Assembly (NCBI GenBank): GCA_040954595.2
Contig: CM082590.2
Coordinates: 8,370,001 to 8,434,000, forward strand
Reading direction: 5' to 3'
Origin: Balanoglossus misakiensis
Taxonomy: Eukaryota > Animalia > Hemichordata
DNA: 64,000 nucleotides
The notes under the pieces are model-generated. The model was not told the DNA's origin, searched no databases, and saw only the letters and a program-made list of their open reading frames with translations. The position numbers were made by a program, and so were the translations under genes. This document shows, piece by piece, positions 1 through 13,194 of the stretch. The stretch's first letter is position 1; each line of letters starts with the position of its first letter.

Positions 1-269
1 TTGTACACACACGCAAAACCAGGTCGCCAATCCACGCCCACGTGCGATCACCAGGAATTCCTGTTTATTAAAATTTCTGTGCCTGTGCATATAGTTACGT
101 AGCTACTATGGAATTCTGACCGCAGTTGATTGCTTCAGGGAAGTCTGTCGACCTGACAACTTTACCACCCCCGAGCGTGGGCGTTCGGTAAATAAGTCGG
201 TTAATACCGCCTGTTAAAACATGATGGGTTTTAATATTGGCTTGGATCCAGCAAGTATACTAAGATGCT

Positions 270-580
270 CACATACACATACATATATACATACGTACGT
301 ACATACATACATACATACATACATACATACATACATACATACATACATACATACATACATACATACATACATACATACATACATACATACATACATACAT
401 ACATACATACATACATACATACATACAATGCATACATACAATGCATACATACATACATACAATGCATACATACATACATACATACATACATACATACATA
501 CATACATACATACATACATACATACATACATACATACATACATACATACATACATTCACAGACATACAGACAGACAGACA
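270..580. repeat. (TACA)n microsatellite
   Basis: Seen directly in the sequence. Confidence 0.95.
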
Positions 581-663
581 GATGTGCACAGTTCGAGTTA
601 TACATCAATTAATCTACCTTGGAAAAAACTTATTTGAGAACTTTCAATAACTTTGTTTTTCAG

Positions 664-2901
664 AGTGTTCAGCTGGTTGGTACGGCAGTGAATGTCGTCA
701 GAAGTGCGACTGCTACAATGGGGCAAAGTGTAATGGCGTCACAGGTGTGTGCGCGTGCACGGAGTTCTGGGAGGGCCCACAGTGCACCAGGTGCAGGGTG
801 GTGCCCCACATGGCCTACTGTCGCGTCACGTGCCTGAACTGCTACAACGCTGACATCTGCGAGCCCCCCAGGGGCGACTGCCAGTGCTCCGTCGGTTGGC
901 ATGGCGACTACTGCGACCAGCCTTGCCAGGGCGCCTCCTACGGCAACGACTGCGGGAACTGGTGCAACCCTGGTTGGCAGGGACCGAATTGCTCTGAACC
1001 CTGCCCGAGTGGTTACTATGGAAACGGATGCGTCCAGTGCCCCGCATGCGTCCACGGTGTCTGCGATCAGGTATCTGGATGTCTGTGTGACCCTGGATAC
1101 ATCGGTGAAACGTAGGTCAACTTAGACATGACGATACACTTTTTAAACCCTCTTTAAAGGGACAAAGTCTCTCTCTCGCTGCCCTTTTTCCATTAATTAT
1201 GTTTGATACAAGACACCGTTTATGTTATTCTACATGTGGATATATAGTGAATCAACGTTCAATCAAGAACGTTAATTTTGGGAACCTACCCTTGCTTCGA
1301 AAGAGATCCTTAATTATATATTATTTGAAATGTAGGTTTCCGTCTAAGGGTGAAAACTTATACAGTTTTATCAAATCATTCAAAAAGTGCCGAGTCATCG
1401 CTTTTCCACTCAAGGTTCCTATTAAGAAAGGTTTGAAATACAGGTACGTGCGTGTAACTAGGGGCAACAGAAGCCCGGATGTGACATGCTGTAGACAACC
1501 TACTCTGCACCATCTGCCTACAACCCCCCCTCCCCAATCAAATGGTTCTCTCCTATGATAATGGCGTCTGTCTTTCCAGGTGTGAGAAGATGTGCCCGGA
1601 ATACTCTTACGGGGGAAACTGCTTGTATCAGTGCGCGTGCGTCAATGATGGAGAATGTGACCCTGTCTCGGGCAACTGTACCTGCAAAGAGTCCTATTCA
1701 GGAACGTACTGCCAGTTTCTTTCAGGTATGAATAAATTATCCTGGTATCGGAATTCTGCCTACGTCATACAGTGTGCGTGCGTGCGCAAGAGATTCTTGT
1801 TCTTATATACATCATATAGATTTTTCTATTCATCACGAAGGCTGACTTTTCAGAATTCTGATCGTGAATATAGCCTTCATACGTGAAACAACTAATCTTG
1901 TTGTCGGTAAACGATTTTTAGTCCGGACTTGAATTTAATTCTCAACAATAACAATGCCAATGAACACAGATAGGCTATGTTGCTAAGCAACCTCCAAGGT
2001 TTACATCATAGTTCAGGTATTCTGTGCACAGTTAACTTAACCTCCATCACATAATAATTACTGGGCCTTGACCAAACCTTGTTATTATTTTTACAGAATC
2101 ATCATTATTCGAAAAGGAGGTACGGTCGCTTCACGTACTCATGTACGTGCTGGTCGGAGTACTCAACGTGGTGCTGGTTGTGAGTCTAATTCTGTACAGA
2201 CAGGAGGTCAAACTTCGCCTGTCAAGGTATGATGAGCGAACTGTACCAGCGCATCAAAGATTTCCACCAAGTTCGGTCCAAAGCCATTGTTTTTCTTTGG
2301 CAAAGTTTGACCTCTATAGTGAGACATGAAATTGCTCCAAAACAAATTATCTTTAGGTTTGTCGTCTTGTATTTCTGCTATAGCAAGTACAGATGCGCAT
2401 AACATTTTTCTGCCTTCTTTCCTTCGATGCAGTCTCGTCAATAGATTCAAAAGAACGCCACTAGCGACAGAAGATGACCAAATGGAATTTGGTAAGAATT
2501 TAACGATTTTTGCCATGTCAGATTTTTTTATCCATTCTGGATCCATCGTAGTTTTTTTACCCAATGACATCACCAAAAGAGAAAAGTGAATTAATTTAAA
2601 TTAATGAAGAAAAAGTATTATACCTAAGAACAAAGTGAACATGCGCATATGATCAATACACATTCACAAAATGGCAAATGGACTTACTTAGACGTGACCT
2701 TTGAACTTTGTAGATGGAGTAGAAGTACGGACTCGAATGGTACCTACTGGACATGAAGAACTCCAAGTTCAAGTCCAAGAGTACCATGACGCGGACGACA
2801 ACACCGAAGAAACCGCTCTACAAGAGTACCACGATGATGACGTCGTGAACTTGAACGAGACTTCGACAACGCAATACGCAAGACTTAAAGAAGATGACTA
2901 G
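664..2901 (+). CDS. Multiple-EGF single-pass receptor 1 (SCARF/MEGF10/Draper-like), 3' part; 5' exons lie upstream of the window
   Basis: In-frame GT-AG exons 664-1111, 1580-1725, 2097-2226 (TM helix LMYVLVGVLNVVLVVSLILY), 2433-2491 and 2714-2901 (TAG). EGF/laminin-EGF repeats include CDCYNGAKCNGVTGVCAC and CACVNDGECDPVSGNCTC. The acidic tail ends TTQYARLKEDD. Confidence 0.85.
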
Positions 2902-3787
2902 CGAGGATGGGGGTGACGGACAGGAAGTGACGTAATTAGGGGGAGATGAAGACAACCGGAAAAAGACTATTCCCTAGAGACAAAGAGAAACTCGGGTGTA
3001 GGCTTGTACAAAACGAGAGAAAATAAATTTATGCAATAACTAGGATAACCTATCGGATATAGGAAACATCTAGAGTGACGTAATAGCGAGGATGACGACG
3101 TTTTTGTCGGACGCTTATGGGATATTTTGGTGCAACTTTAGCAGCCTTAATCAAAAGTACTTAAAAGTCGTTTTTTTCTGATACATCGCCAAAGTTCTTA
3201 GAGGTGAAATATATTTATATCGACTAAGTAAGTAATAAGGGGTCATGTGCGTTCGTGATCGATAACATTTACTTGTATACACGATGTTTCCTGGCGGAGA
3301 GCTCAGACAATCGTATCGGTTGTAGCCAGCATCTGATAGCAAACACATGTACAATCAGGAAAACACGTACTAATAATTCAATGCACTCAAGCTGGGAATG
3401 GATATATATATACTTCTCTACTGAAAAGTGTCTCAAAATACATTTATCTCAAAAAGAAATTGTACAATATTAGCCATAAGATTATTTTTCATCATTCATA
3501 GTCACTTTTGACTTGCCCTAATTGTACTTATTCGAGCTTTTACCGGATACAGGGTTTGTTTTTCATGTTTGACAAGGTGTAAATATACAATAGTTCGCAC
3601 GATCATGATTGCTAATAAAAATTACAGCAATACAGTTCCCTATAGTTTTCCAGTCGCTCTTTTTGATGCATCCTGACAATGACAGGAAGTGTGGACCCCA
3701 AAACCGGAAGTGGTGCTCTTATCGCAAAAATACCAGGCTGAGTTGTATTCAAAAGCAAACTACACAAATCAGTACAGTCCTAGATAA

Positions 3788-3824
<37 letters not shown>

Positions 3825-4002
3825 CAAGAAACAACGTTTGAAATCATTAAGGCTTGAATGCAAAATTTGGAGAAGGATTCTCAAGTCGGACCCGGGGGGT
3901 ACTCCCACTATTTTCACACGGGGGGTGTGCGCCCCAAGTTAACACATCAACCACACTCAGTGAGCTAGCCAATGGCGTCTAAGCGAATAAACCTCTACAA
4001 GT

Positions 4003-7000
4003 TTATGACTTTATCACCATGACGTCACTGTAAGATTCTGCGGCAATTGGGTTAGATTTGTGGCTCGCCTCTCGCTTGAGATGATACTTCAGTTTGTCGT
4101 ATTCTGTACCGTTGGTCATCTTTTGGCCAACAACATTGTACCCCTCTTCGCTGGGCAATACTCTGGGCCTCTTCTTCTTTTTCTTCATCTTGTTGAAATC
4201 CAGGTCGTTGTACTCGGAGATCACGTCCTCCTGCTGCGACAGATCCGCGTAGGTGTTCGGTTTGCCGTCGTTCTCTGGTCGGTAGTTCTTCCCAGTTCTG
4301 TCCACCTCACTGTATGTTTGAGCAGAGCAGTTATGGTGGGCAGGGATCTCCTCATATCTGGCGGGGGTGCCACTCATTACTGGCACGGCAGGGACACGCC
4401 CGGTCGCAGGTGTCTCATCAGGCGATGGGTCTTTATATTTGTGATTGATGGGAGGATTTTTCCTGGACCTCTTCCCAGCTGGACGTTGCGGTTTACTGTA
4501 CACGTTCTCCTCTTTGGAAGAAACTGGGCTCACCATATGTCCTGCAACGTCATAGGTAACCCCTGCACTGGGCGTCCCTTCTCCTTCAACGTCACTTCCG
4601 CCAGAACTTCCGTCGATGAGACTGTTAGTCTCGTCCGCCATGTGTTCGTATTCGTGTCGGATGCCAGGACGCTGCTTGGGCGCAGGTTTGTTGACTGCAT
4701 CATCATGAACAGGCATGCTACCATCACCTGCAGACTGGGCTGTCACCTGACCATTTCGCTGCTCTTCCAACATGGCTGCCGTTTCTGCTCCATTGCTGCC
4801 TGACTCACAACGATCCTCTGCAATCTGGGACTTATCAACTTCGATGTAATTGTTCCCAACAGCAGCTTGACCTTGATCTTCGCCATAGAAGACAGACAGC
4901 TTACTGAAAATCATAAACATCTAAAGTTATTAAACCATATAAAAATAATGAAAGTGATATTTGAGAAACATGCTTTCTTGTCTACTTCCTCTAGCCCCTC
5001 CCCCGAAAAATCAAATAAGTCAACCCTTAACAAACGACACCCCCCACATATATCGAAATGGGTCATCCCTTATCTGTTAAGGAGATAAGCATATCATGGC
5101 ATTTCACTTACTGCGGTCTCTTCGTCTTCTTCAAACGACGTCTATATATAAACACAGCCACTAGGACAACAGACCCCACCACAAGAAGGGTCAGAACAAC
5201 TGATACAGCAGGGAGGGGGTTGCTGCTCTTTGCTCCTGGAAGTACAGAAAACATGAGTGATTATACTCGGTCTATCCAAATAGACAATTGCTGACTGTTA
5301 ATCGTCACATTCACGTTGACACTGAGTCAGAAAACTAGTAACACTAATTATATTGGCATACAGAATATAATAAATGATGAAAAATGTCAATCATACCCGT
5401 ATTTTTGTGTGCTTCATTCGCACAGATCATTGAACAGTTGCCATGACTACTATTTCGACAACTACAAATCTCCTCACAGCTGTTAATATAGAAAAAAAAA
5501 AGAGAAAAATCATCATCAACTTCAAATGTGGATAAAAATGATTTGCTAACAATTCCACAATAAATATTTTATCCGTTATGATTTACCTTTCCATACATTG
5601 GCACGTTCCATGTTCATCAACACAGCGCATTCCATTATCACACAGGGGACATGGCATTTCACAGTTCGGACCTGTCCACCCCTCCTCACAAGTGTTGCAA
5701 CGTCCAGTGTCGTCTTGGCAGTCAATACACTTGTCAGAACACACCAAGTCGCATTTTGGTCCAGCGTAACCATGGGGACAAGCGCAGTCACCGGTCACGT
5801 GGTCGCAGGTTTGAGAAACTTCGCACTGACAAACTTTTAAACAGTTGTCACCATAGTAACCATCCGGGCATGGCTGGTCACATCTGTTACCATGCCAACC
5901 AGGTGTACAGCGGCAGTTTTTGTCCTCAGGTGTACATTCTCGTCCGTTGAAACAGTGGATACATTTGCTATCACAATAAAGGTGGGATTTTCCATCAGTT
6001 GTCTGCACAACTTTATTAACATTGCACATTGTGCATGCTTTTCCTCGCCATGTTGACGGACACGTGCATAAATTTGGGTTGGATCTATCACATCGCCCGC
6101 CGTTGAAACAATCACACGTGCTTTGGCAATAGGTACCATAGTAACCAGGGTGACATGCACACGAACCATCAACAACATTACAGAATGAATTACTCGAGCA
6201 TGCGCACACGCCACTACAGTCGTCTGTGTTATAAGATCCTGGTGGACACAAACAGCCAAATATTTGGTCGCACGTCACACCATTCGGGCAAGAGCATCTA
6301 TTCTCACAGATGGTACCATAGTAGCCAGATTCACACGTACACGACTGGAACACTCCGTTGTCCGAATTACATGTTCCGTTGTTCTTACAAGGACATTCAA
6401 AGTCACAATTTTTCCCATAATGAGAATTTGGGCATCTACAAGTCCCGTCTACTTTATTACAGATCCCTCCATTCTGGCACAAACACTGGTATGAGCAATC
6501 TCTGCCATAGTTACCATAGGGACACTCTGTAAAAAAAAGACGTGGAATATGACGTCCGAAATGTAGGCGTTCTGGTATTTAAATTAGTTGGAGAAAATGT
6601 ATTAACAAAACACATTTAGAATGTTGCTTTGGTAATTGTGGGCCAGAGGCCGAGTGGGATAGCGTTACGGTAACGTTAAAGGTATACGGTCATTTCTAAT
6701 TTACATATTCATAATTATATATATGCGTGTTCGATTTCGCACTTTCCTTCGCTTGTTTCACAATCTCTGATTGGCTATAAAGAAACCCAATAACATCACT
6801 TACCAATGCAACGTTGAGTTTCAAGTTTATTGTTTGGCTGATAGAAACCGTCACAACATCTGTAAACCCTGTGAAATAAATACAAGCAACAAAGAAATTT
6901 GCAATCTGTTATGTGCATTTCTGGCGCAATACACAACTACTGAAACTGACATACACACAGTACGCGTACCACTTTATCTTAAACCAAAATTGCAATGCTA

Positions 7001-7178
7001 CTAGTACTACAACGAAACAGTTTGACATACAAGGGGATACTAACCTTTCTTGTCGGTAATTCAGGTGGGAAAAACACGAATGTGGGTCATTTGGACCGAC
7101 ATAACCAACCACAGAATCAAACACTCCACAGACGACGACAAAAGCGAACACCACACGGAAGACGTTTACAGTAATCAT
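4003..7178 (-). CDS. Multiple-EGF receptor A with long tyrosine-rich cytoplasmic tail (~748 aa)
   Basis: Exons 7045-7178 (signal peptide plus GPNDPHSC), 6804-6868 (VYRCCDGFY), 5587-6526 (EGF array), 5397-5479, 5112-5235 (TM VSVVLTLLVVGSVVLVAVFIY followed by RRR) and 4003-4903 (tail). Total 2247 nt, frame intact. Confidence 0.9.
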
Positions 7179-8370
7179 GGTGTAAAGTTCGCGAGTACAA
7201 AAGTCACAAACAACGCGTATGTATGACTGTTCGAAGTCCACTTCTCAGAGCGCAAAATGACCGAAAATTTATCAAAAGTTCCTAATAGAGCCGTGGGTGG
7301 TTTTTTCTCTCGACCAGGCTGCCAGATCGTGGCCTCGCTTGATTGGAGCGTCTGACGTCAGTTTTGGTTTCGTTGACCAAAGTTCGATTGGTGCGCCGAG
7401 GTTTCCAATGGTTAATGCTTCAATAGTCAAACACTGTAGAGCTTAAGTCAACACTTAAAGGCTGTTGGTATCCCAATCCACAACTTAACATTATGTACAT
7501 GTAGGACCAATGGCGATTAAGTACGGTCGCGAAACAATATATCTTCGGTGGTTAAGACGTTAGTCCTAGACAACACTTCGTTTTACAAAGAGCCTGTATA
7601 AAGACAACGTCGAGTCAAATTCCGGTCAAAGTTTCTTTTCTACGAAATCTGTATTTCCGCGATTACCCTGTGTGGCTCGTTCAGTGGTGTTATGCCGCAT
7701 GAAGGCGCACTTCATGATGTAGGGGTTTTTTTATGCACGTGGTTTCACCCCTATTATGTTTCCGCCGCTGGCTGTGCTGTGCTACGAGAAAGAGGTCAAA
7801 AATTTGACTGAAGAATTGAAGACATCGCCTGTAAATCACATTACCTTGGATGTTTCCAAGATTCGCGGGCCAGATGATTTCAGGCAGTCTACCTACTTAC
7901 AAAATAACCTATAGGCCTAACCAGAGTGCGAGATTGAACGTTTCGTGCACCTGTTGATTTGTTTACTCAAACTTTTAAGAACAATCAGAGTTGAATTTTT
8001 TTTTATGTCATATTACAATCTCAAAATGAATAATGATCACATTCCCAACTTCCAACCAAACTTTATTGTAAGGAACGATTTTACATGCATCTGTTTACTA
8101 AATATAAAGTGATTCAAGAATTGCCGCTGGAGAATCCTATCTGCAATTAATCCCTATCAGAGGGGCAATTCATCAACTATGATGAATAATCTGAACATGT
8201 TAATGTATGAATGTATCATAAAGGAACATAAACCAAACGCACAATCATGACAAATTGTAAGTGTGTGTTAAATTGTAATCCTGTAATAGGTCCATCTGTT
8301 GATTTCCAACATTCTACAATAAAACAACATTCTCTGGGATTCCTCAACTGTTCCAAATAGCGATTTGACC

Positions 8371-11300
8371 TCAACCTTCTCCATCGACGACTGGTAGCTT
8401 TCTGAAAGTGATGGACAATTAACAGTTAACAAAACATTTATTTCTATTATTTCAGTAGTATGGGTATTTAATTGAAAGACAATTTAACTTTTGCCGATTT
8501 TGATGATTTTTTTTAAAGTCAACAAAATAGCTATGTATCAATTATACAAAATACTTCAAGTAACTCATGAGAAAAAGTGTGACAGTCAGGTGATGGTTGA
8601 AAAATTGCTTTATTGTCTATTTCCTGCAGCCCTTCCCAAAAATAGGAAAATTGTCAACTCTTATGTATAGGCAAGCACATCACTGCCTTATATATGCACT
8701 TACTGTGGTTTGTGTTCCCTCTTATAGCGATGTTTATGTGTACACGGGCACAAGCTTATTGACAACTCAGCTAAAAGCACTGCAATAGAAACCAGAACCA
8801 CTGCGATAACAAAAAGGTGGTTTCCTTTCCTCGTTTCTGGTGAACAAAAGACATACATGTTATACATGGACAATCAAAATAAATCCATTGGACCCCCAGT
8901 ACAAAGAAATAAGTGACAGAAAATGAACTGAAAATATCCCTGCTTCATCTGTTATGCTAGTGAGTCTTTCATCAATTCTTGCCTCCAAATATAGCGAAAA
9001 GAAGTCGATTTGTGATTGTGTATTAGAATTATAATGTATTGCATATTCTTGAAAGTGTGACGATTTTTGAAATTCAGTCAAAGGTATGTGGACAATTAAT
9101 GAGTCAAATGTACCAGTTTCAGTGTGTGCTTCATTCGTACATGCCTTTGAACATATCCCATGGCTACCACTTTGACATCTACTGCAAACGTCCTTGCAAC
9201 TGTCGATAAAACAAGAGAAAGTGGTTCACAAGTTGCATAGAAATTCTTCACTAACAATTTCACGTACATGCATGCATGCATGCATGCATGCATACATACA
9301 TACTATACATACATATTATTCATACATACATGCATACATACATACATACATACATACATACTATACATACATATTATTCATACATACATACATACATACA
9401 TACATACATACATACATACATACATACATACATACAGACATACATAATACATACATACATACATACATACATACATACATACATGTACATACAGACATAC
9501 ATACATACATTCATACATACATACATACATACATACATACATACTATACATACATTCATACATACATACATACATACATACATACATACATACATACATA
9601 CATACATACATACATACATACATACATGCATACATACATACATACATACATACTATACATACATTCATACATACATACATACATACATACATACATACAT
9701 GCATACATACATACATACATACATGCATACATACCGGTACATACATACATACATACATACTATACATACATACATACATACATACATTCATACATACATA
9801 CATACATACATACATACATACATACATACATACATACATACATACAGACATACATAATACATACATACATACATACTTACATGTACATAAATACATACAT
9901 ACATACATACATACATACATACATACATACATACATACATACATACATACATACATACATACATACATACATCCGATATGATTTACCTTTCAACACATTG
10001 GCACGTTCCATTGTCATCAACACAGCGCATTCCATTATCACACAGTGGACATGGCACTTCACAGTTCGGACCTGTCCACCCCTCCTCACAAGTGTTACAA
10101 CGTCCAGTGTATTCTTGGCAGTCAATACACTTAGCAGAACACAAGCATATGGGTCCGGAGTAACCATGGGGACAAGCGCAGTCACCGGTCACGTGGTCGC
10201 AGGTTTGAGAAACTTCGCACTGACAAACTTTTAAACAGTTGTCACCATAGTAACCATCCGGGCATGGCTGGTCACATCTGTCACCATGCCAACCAGGTGT
10301 ACAACGGCAGTTTTTGTCCTCAGGTGTACATTCTCGTCCGTTGAAACAGTGAATACATTTGCTATCACAATAAAGGTGGGATCTTCCATCAGCAGTCAGT
10401 ACTTTTTTATCTACATTGCACTGCGTGCATGCTTTTCCTTGCCATGTGTACGGGCACGTGCATAATTTTGGGTCGGATCTATCACATAGCCCGCCGTTGA
10501 AACAGTCGCAAGTGTTTTGGCAATAGGTACCATAGTAACCAGGGCGACATGCGCACGAACCATCAACAATATTGCAGTCTGAATTACTTTGGCATTCGCA
10601 CACGCCACTACAGTCGTCTGTGTTATAAGTTCCTGGAGGACACAAGCATCCCAATCTTTGGTCGCAAGTCACACCAGTCGGGCAAGAGCATTTCTTCTCA
10701 CAGATATCTCCATAGTAACCGGGGACACAAGTACACGGCTGTAACACTCCGTTGTCCGAATTACATTTTCCGTTGTTCTTACACGGGCATTCGAAGTCAC
10801 AATTTTTCCCATAATGAGAATCGGGACATTTACAAGTCCCGTCTACTTTATTACAGATTCCTCCATTTTGGCACAAACACTCGTATGAACAATCTCTGCC
10901 ATAGTTACCATAGGGACACTCTGTAAATAAACAATGTGTGAGTGTGAAATATGAAATCCATAATGTACGTGTGGTATGGTATAGTTGGCGAAAATGTATG
11001 AACAAAACACATTTAGAATGTTGCTTTTTTGACTTGTGGGCCAGAAGGCGAGTGGCTTGCTCACTGTATGTGTACATAGCGTAACGTTAAAGGTATACGA
11101 TCATTTCTACATATGCAAATAATGCGCATATGCATGCGTGTTCGATTTCGCACTTTCTTTCGTTTGTTTCACAATCTGTGATTGGCTATAAAGAAACCCA
11201 ATAACATCACTTACCAATGCAACGTTGAGTTTCAAGTTTATTGTTTGGCTGATAGAAACCGTCACAACATCTGTAAACCCTGTGAAATAAATACAAGCAA

Positions 11301-13194
11301 TAAAGAAATTTGCAATCTGTAATGTGCATTTCTGGCGAAATACACGACTACGGAAACTGATACATACATACATACATACATACATACATACATACATACA
11401 TACATACATACATACATACATACATACATACATACATACATACATACATACATACATACATACATACATACATACATACATACATACATACATACAAACA
11501 TACATACATACATACATACATACATACATACATACATACATACATACATACATACATACATACATCCGATATGATTTACCTTTCAACACATTGGCACGTT
11601 CCATGTTCATCAACACAGCGCATTCCATTATCACACAGGGGACATGGCACTTCACAGTTCGGACCTGTCCACCCCTCCTCACAAGTGTTACAACGTCCAG
11701 TGTATTCTTGGCAGTCAATACACTTATCAGAACACACGCATTTGGGTCCGGAGTAACCATGGGGACAAGCGCAGTCACCGGTCACGTGGTCGCAGGTTTG
11801 AGAAACTTCGCACTGACAAACTTTTACACAGTTTTCACCATAGTAACCATCCGGGCATGGCTGGTCACATCTGTCACCATGCCAACCAGGTGTACAACGG
11901 CAGTTTTTGTCCTCAGGTGTACATTCTCGTCCGTTGAAACAGTGGATACATTTGCCATCACAGTAAGGGTGGGATTTTCCATCAGTAGTCAGCACTTTTT
12001 TATCTACATTGCACTGTGTGCATGCTTTTCCTTGCCATGTGTACGGGCACGTGCATAATTTTGGGTCGGATCTATCACATAGCCCGCCGTTGAAACAGTC
12101 GCAAGTGTTTTGGCAATAGGTACCATAGTAACCAGGGCGACATGCGCACGAACCATCAATAACATTACAGTCTGAATTACTCGAGCATGCGCACACGCCA
12201 CTACAGTCGTCTGTGTTATAAGATCCTGGAGGACACAAACAGCCCAGTCTTTGGTCGCAGGTCACACCCTTCGGGCAAGAGCATTTCCTCTCACAGATAT
12301 CACCATAGTAACCGGGGACACAAGTACACGGCTGTAACACTCCGTTGTCCGAATTACATTTTCCGTTGTTCTTACACGGGCATTCGAAGTCACAATTTTT
12401 CCCATAATGAGAATCGGGACATTTACAAGTCCCGTCTACTTTATTACAGATTCCTCCATTTTGGCACAAACACTCGTATGAACAATCTCTGCCATAGTTA
12501 CCATAGGGACACTCTGTAAATAAACAATGTGTGAGTGTGAAATATGAAATCCATAATGTACGTGTGGTATGGTATAGTTGGCGAAAATGTATGAACAAAA
12601 CACATTTAGAATGTTGCTTTTTTGACTTGTGGGCCAGAAGGCGAGTGGCTTGCTCACTGTATGTGTACATAGCGTAACGTTAAAGGTATACGATCATTTC
12701 TACATATGCAAATAATGCGCATATGCATGCGTGTTCGATTTCGCACTTTCTTTCGTTTGTTTCACAATCTGTGATTGGCTATAAAGAAACCCAATAACAT
12801 CACTTACCAATGCAACGTTGAGTTTCAAGTTTATTGTTTGGCTGATAGAAACCATCACAGCATCTGTACAACCTGTGAAATAAATACAAGCAATAAAGAA
12901 ATTTGCAATCTGTTATGTGCATTTCTGGCGCAATACACAACTACTGAAACTGACATACACACAGTATGCGCACCACTTTATCTCAAACCAAAATTGCAAT
13001 GCTACTAGTACTACAACGAAACAGTTTGACATACAAGGGGATACTAACCTTTCTTGTTGGTAATAGAGGTGGGACAAACAGGAATGTGGGTCTTCGGGAC
13101 TGACATAACCAACCACAGAATCAAACACTCCACAGACGACGACAAAAGCGAACACCACCGAGAAGGAAACACGGAAGACGTTTACAGTAATCAT
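8371..13194 (-). CDS. Multiple-EGF receptor B, paralog of A, with internally duplicated ectodomain and truncated tail (~797 aa)
   Basis: Exons 13049-13194, 12808-12872, 11580-12513, 11215-11279, 9987-10920, 9114-9199, 8704-8836 (TM LFVIAVVLVSIAVLLAELSISL) and 8371-8401 (TGA). Total 2394 nt with consistent phases. Whether both duplicated blocks are spliced into one mRNA is inferred. Confidence 0.75.
9265..9972. repeat. Long degenerate (TACA)n microsatellite in a receptor B intron
   Basis: Seen directly in the sequence. Confidence 0.95.
11360..11565. repeat. (TACA)n microsatellite at the junction of the receptor B internal duplication
   Basis: Seen directly in the sequence. Confidence 0.95.

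Noticed and set aside
214-650. MYVC/HTYI-repeat ORFs (also at 9194-10234, 11107-12058, 14756-15103, 19124-19735 and 31565-32159)
   Set aside because: These are translations of (TACA)n/(TATC)n microsatellites lying in introns or intergenic DNA.
1199-1558. Recurrent ORF family MFDTRHRLCYSTCGYIVNQ (also 33189-33416 and 60585-60851)
   Set aside because: This is a translation of the non-coding TTAA MITE and shows no transposase motifs.
4060-4803. 247-aa plus-strand ORF, and similar ORFs at 24136-24913 and 669-1055
   Set aside because: These are antisense or off-frame shadows of real EGF-receptor exons.
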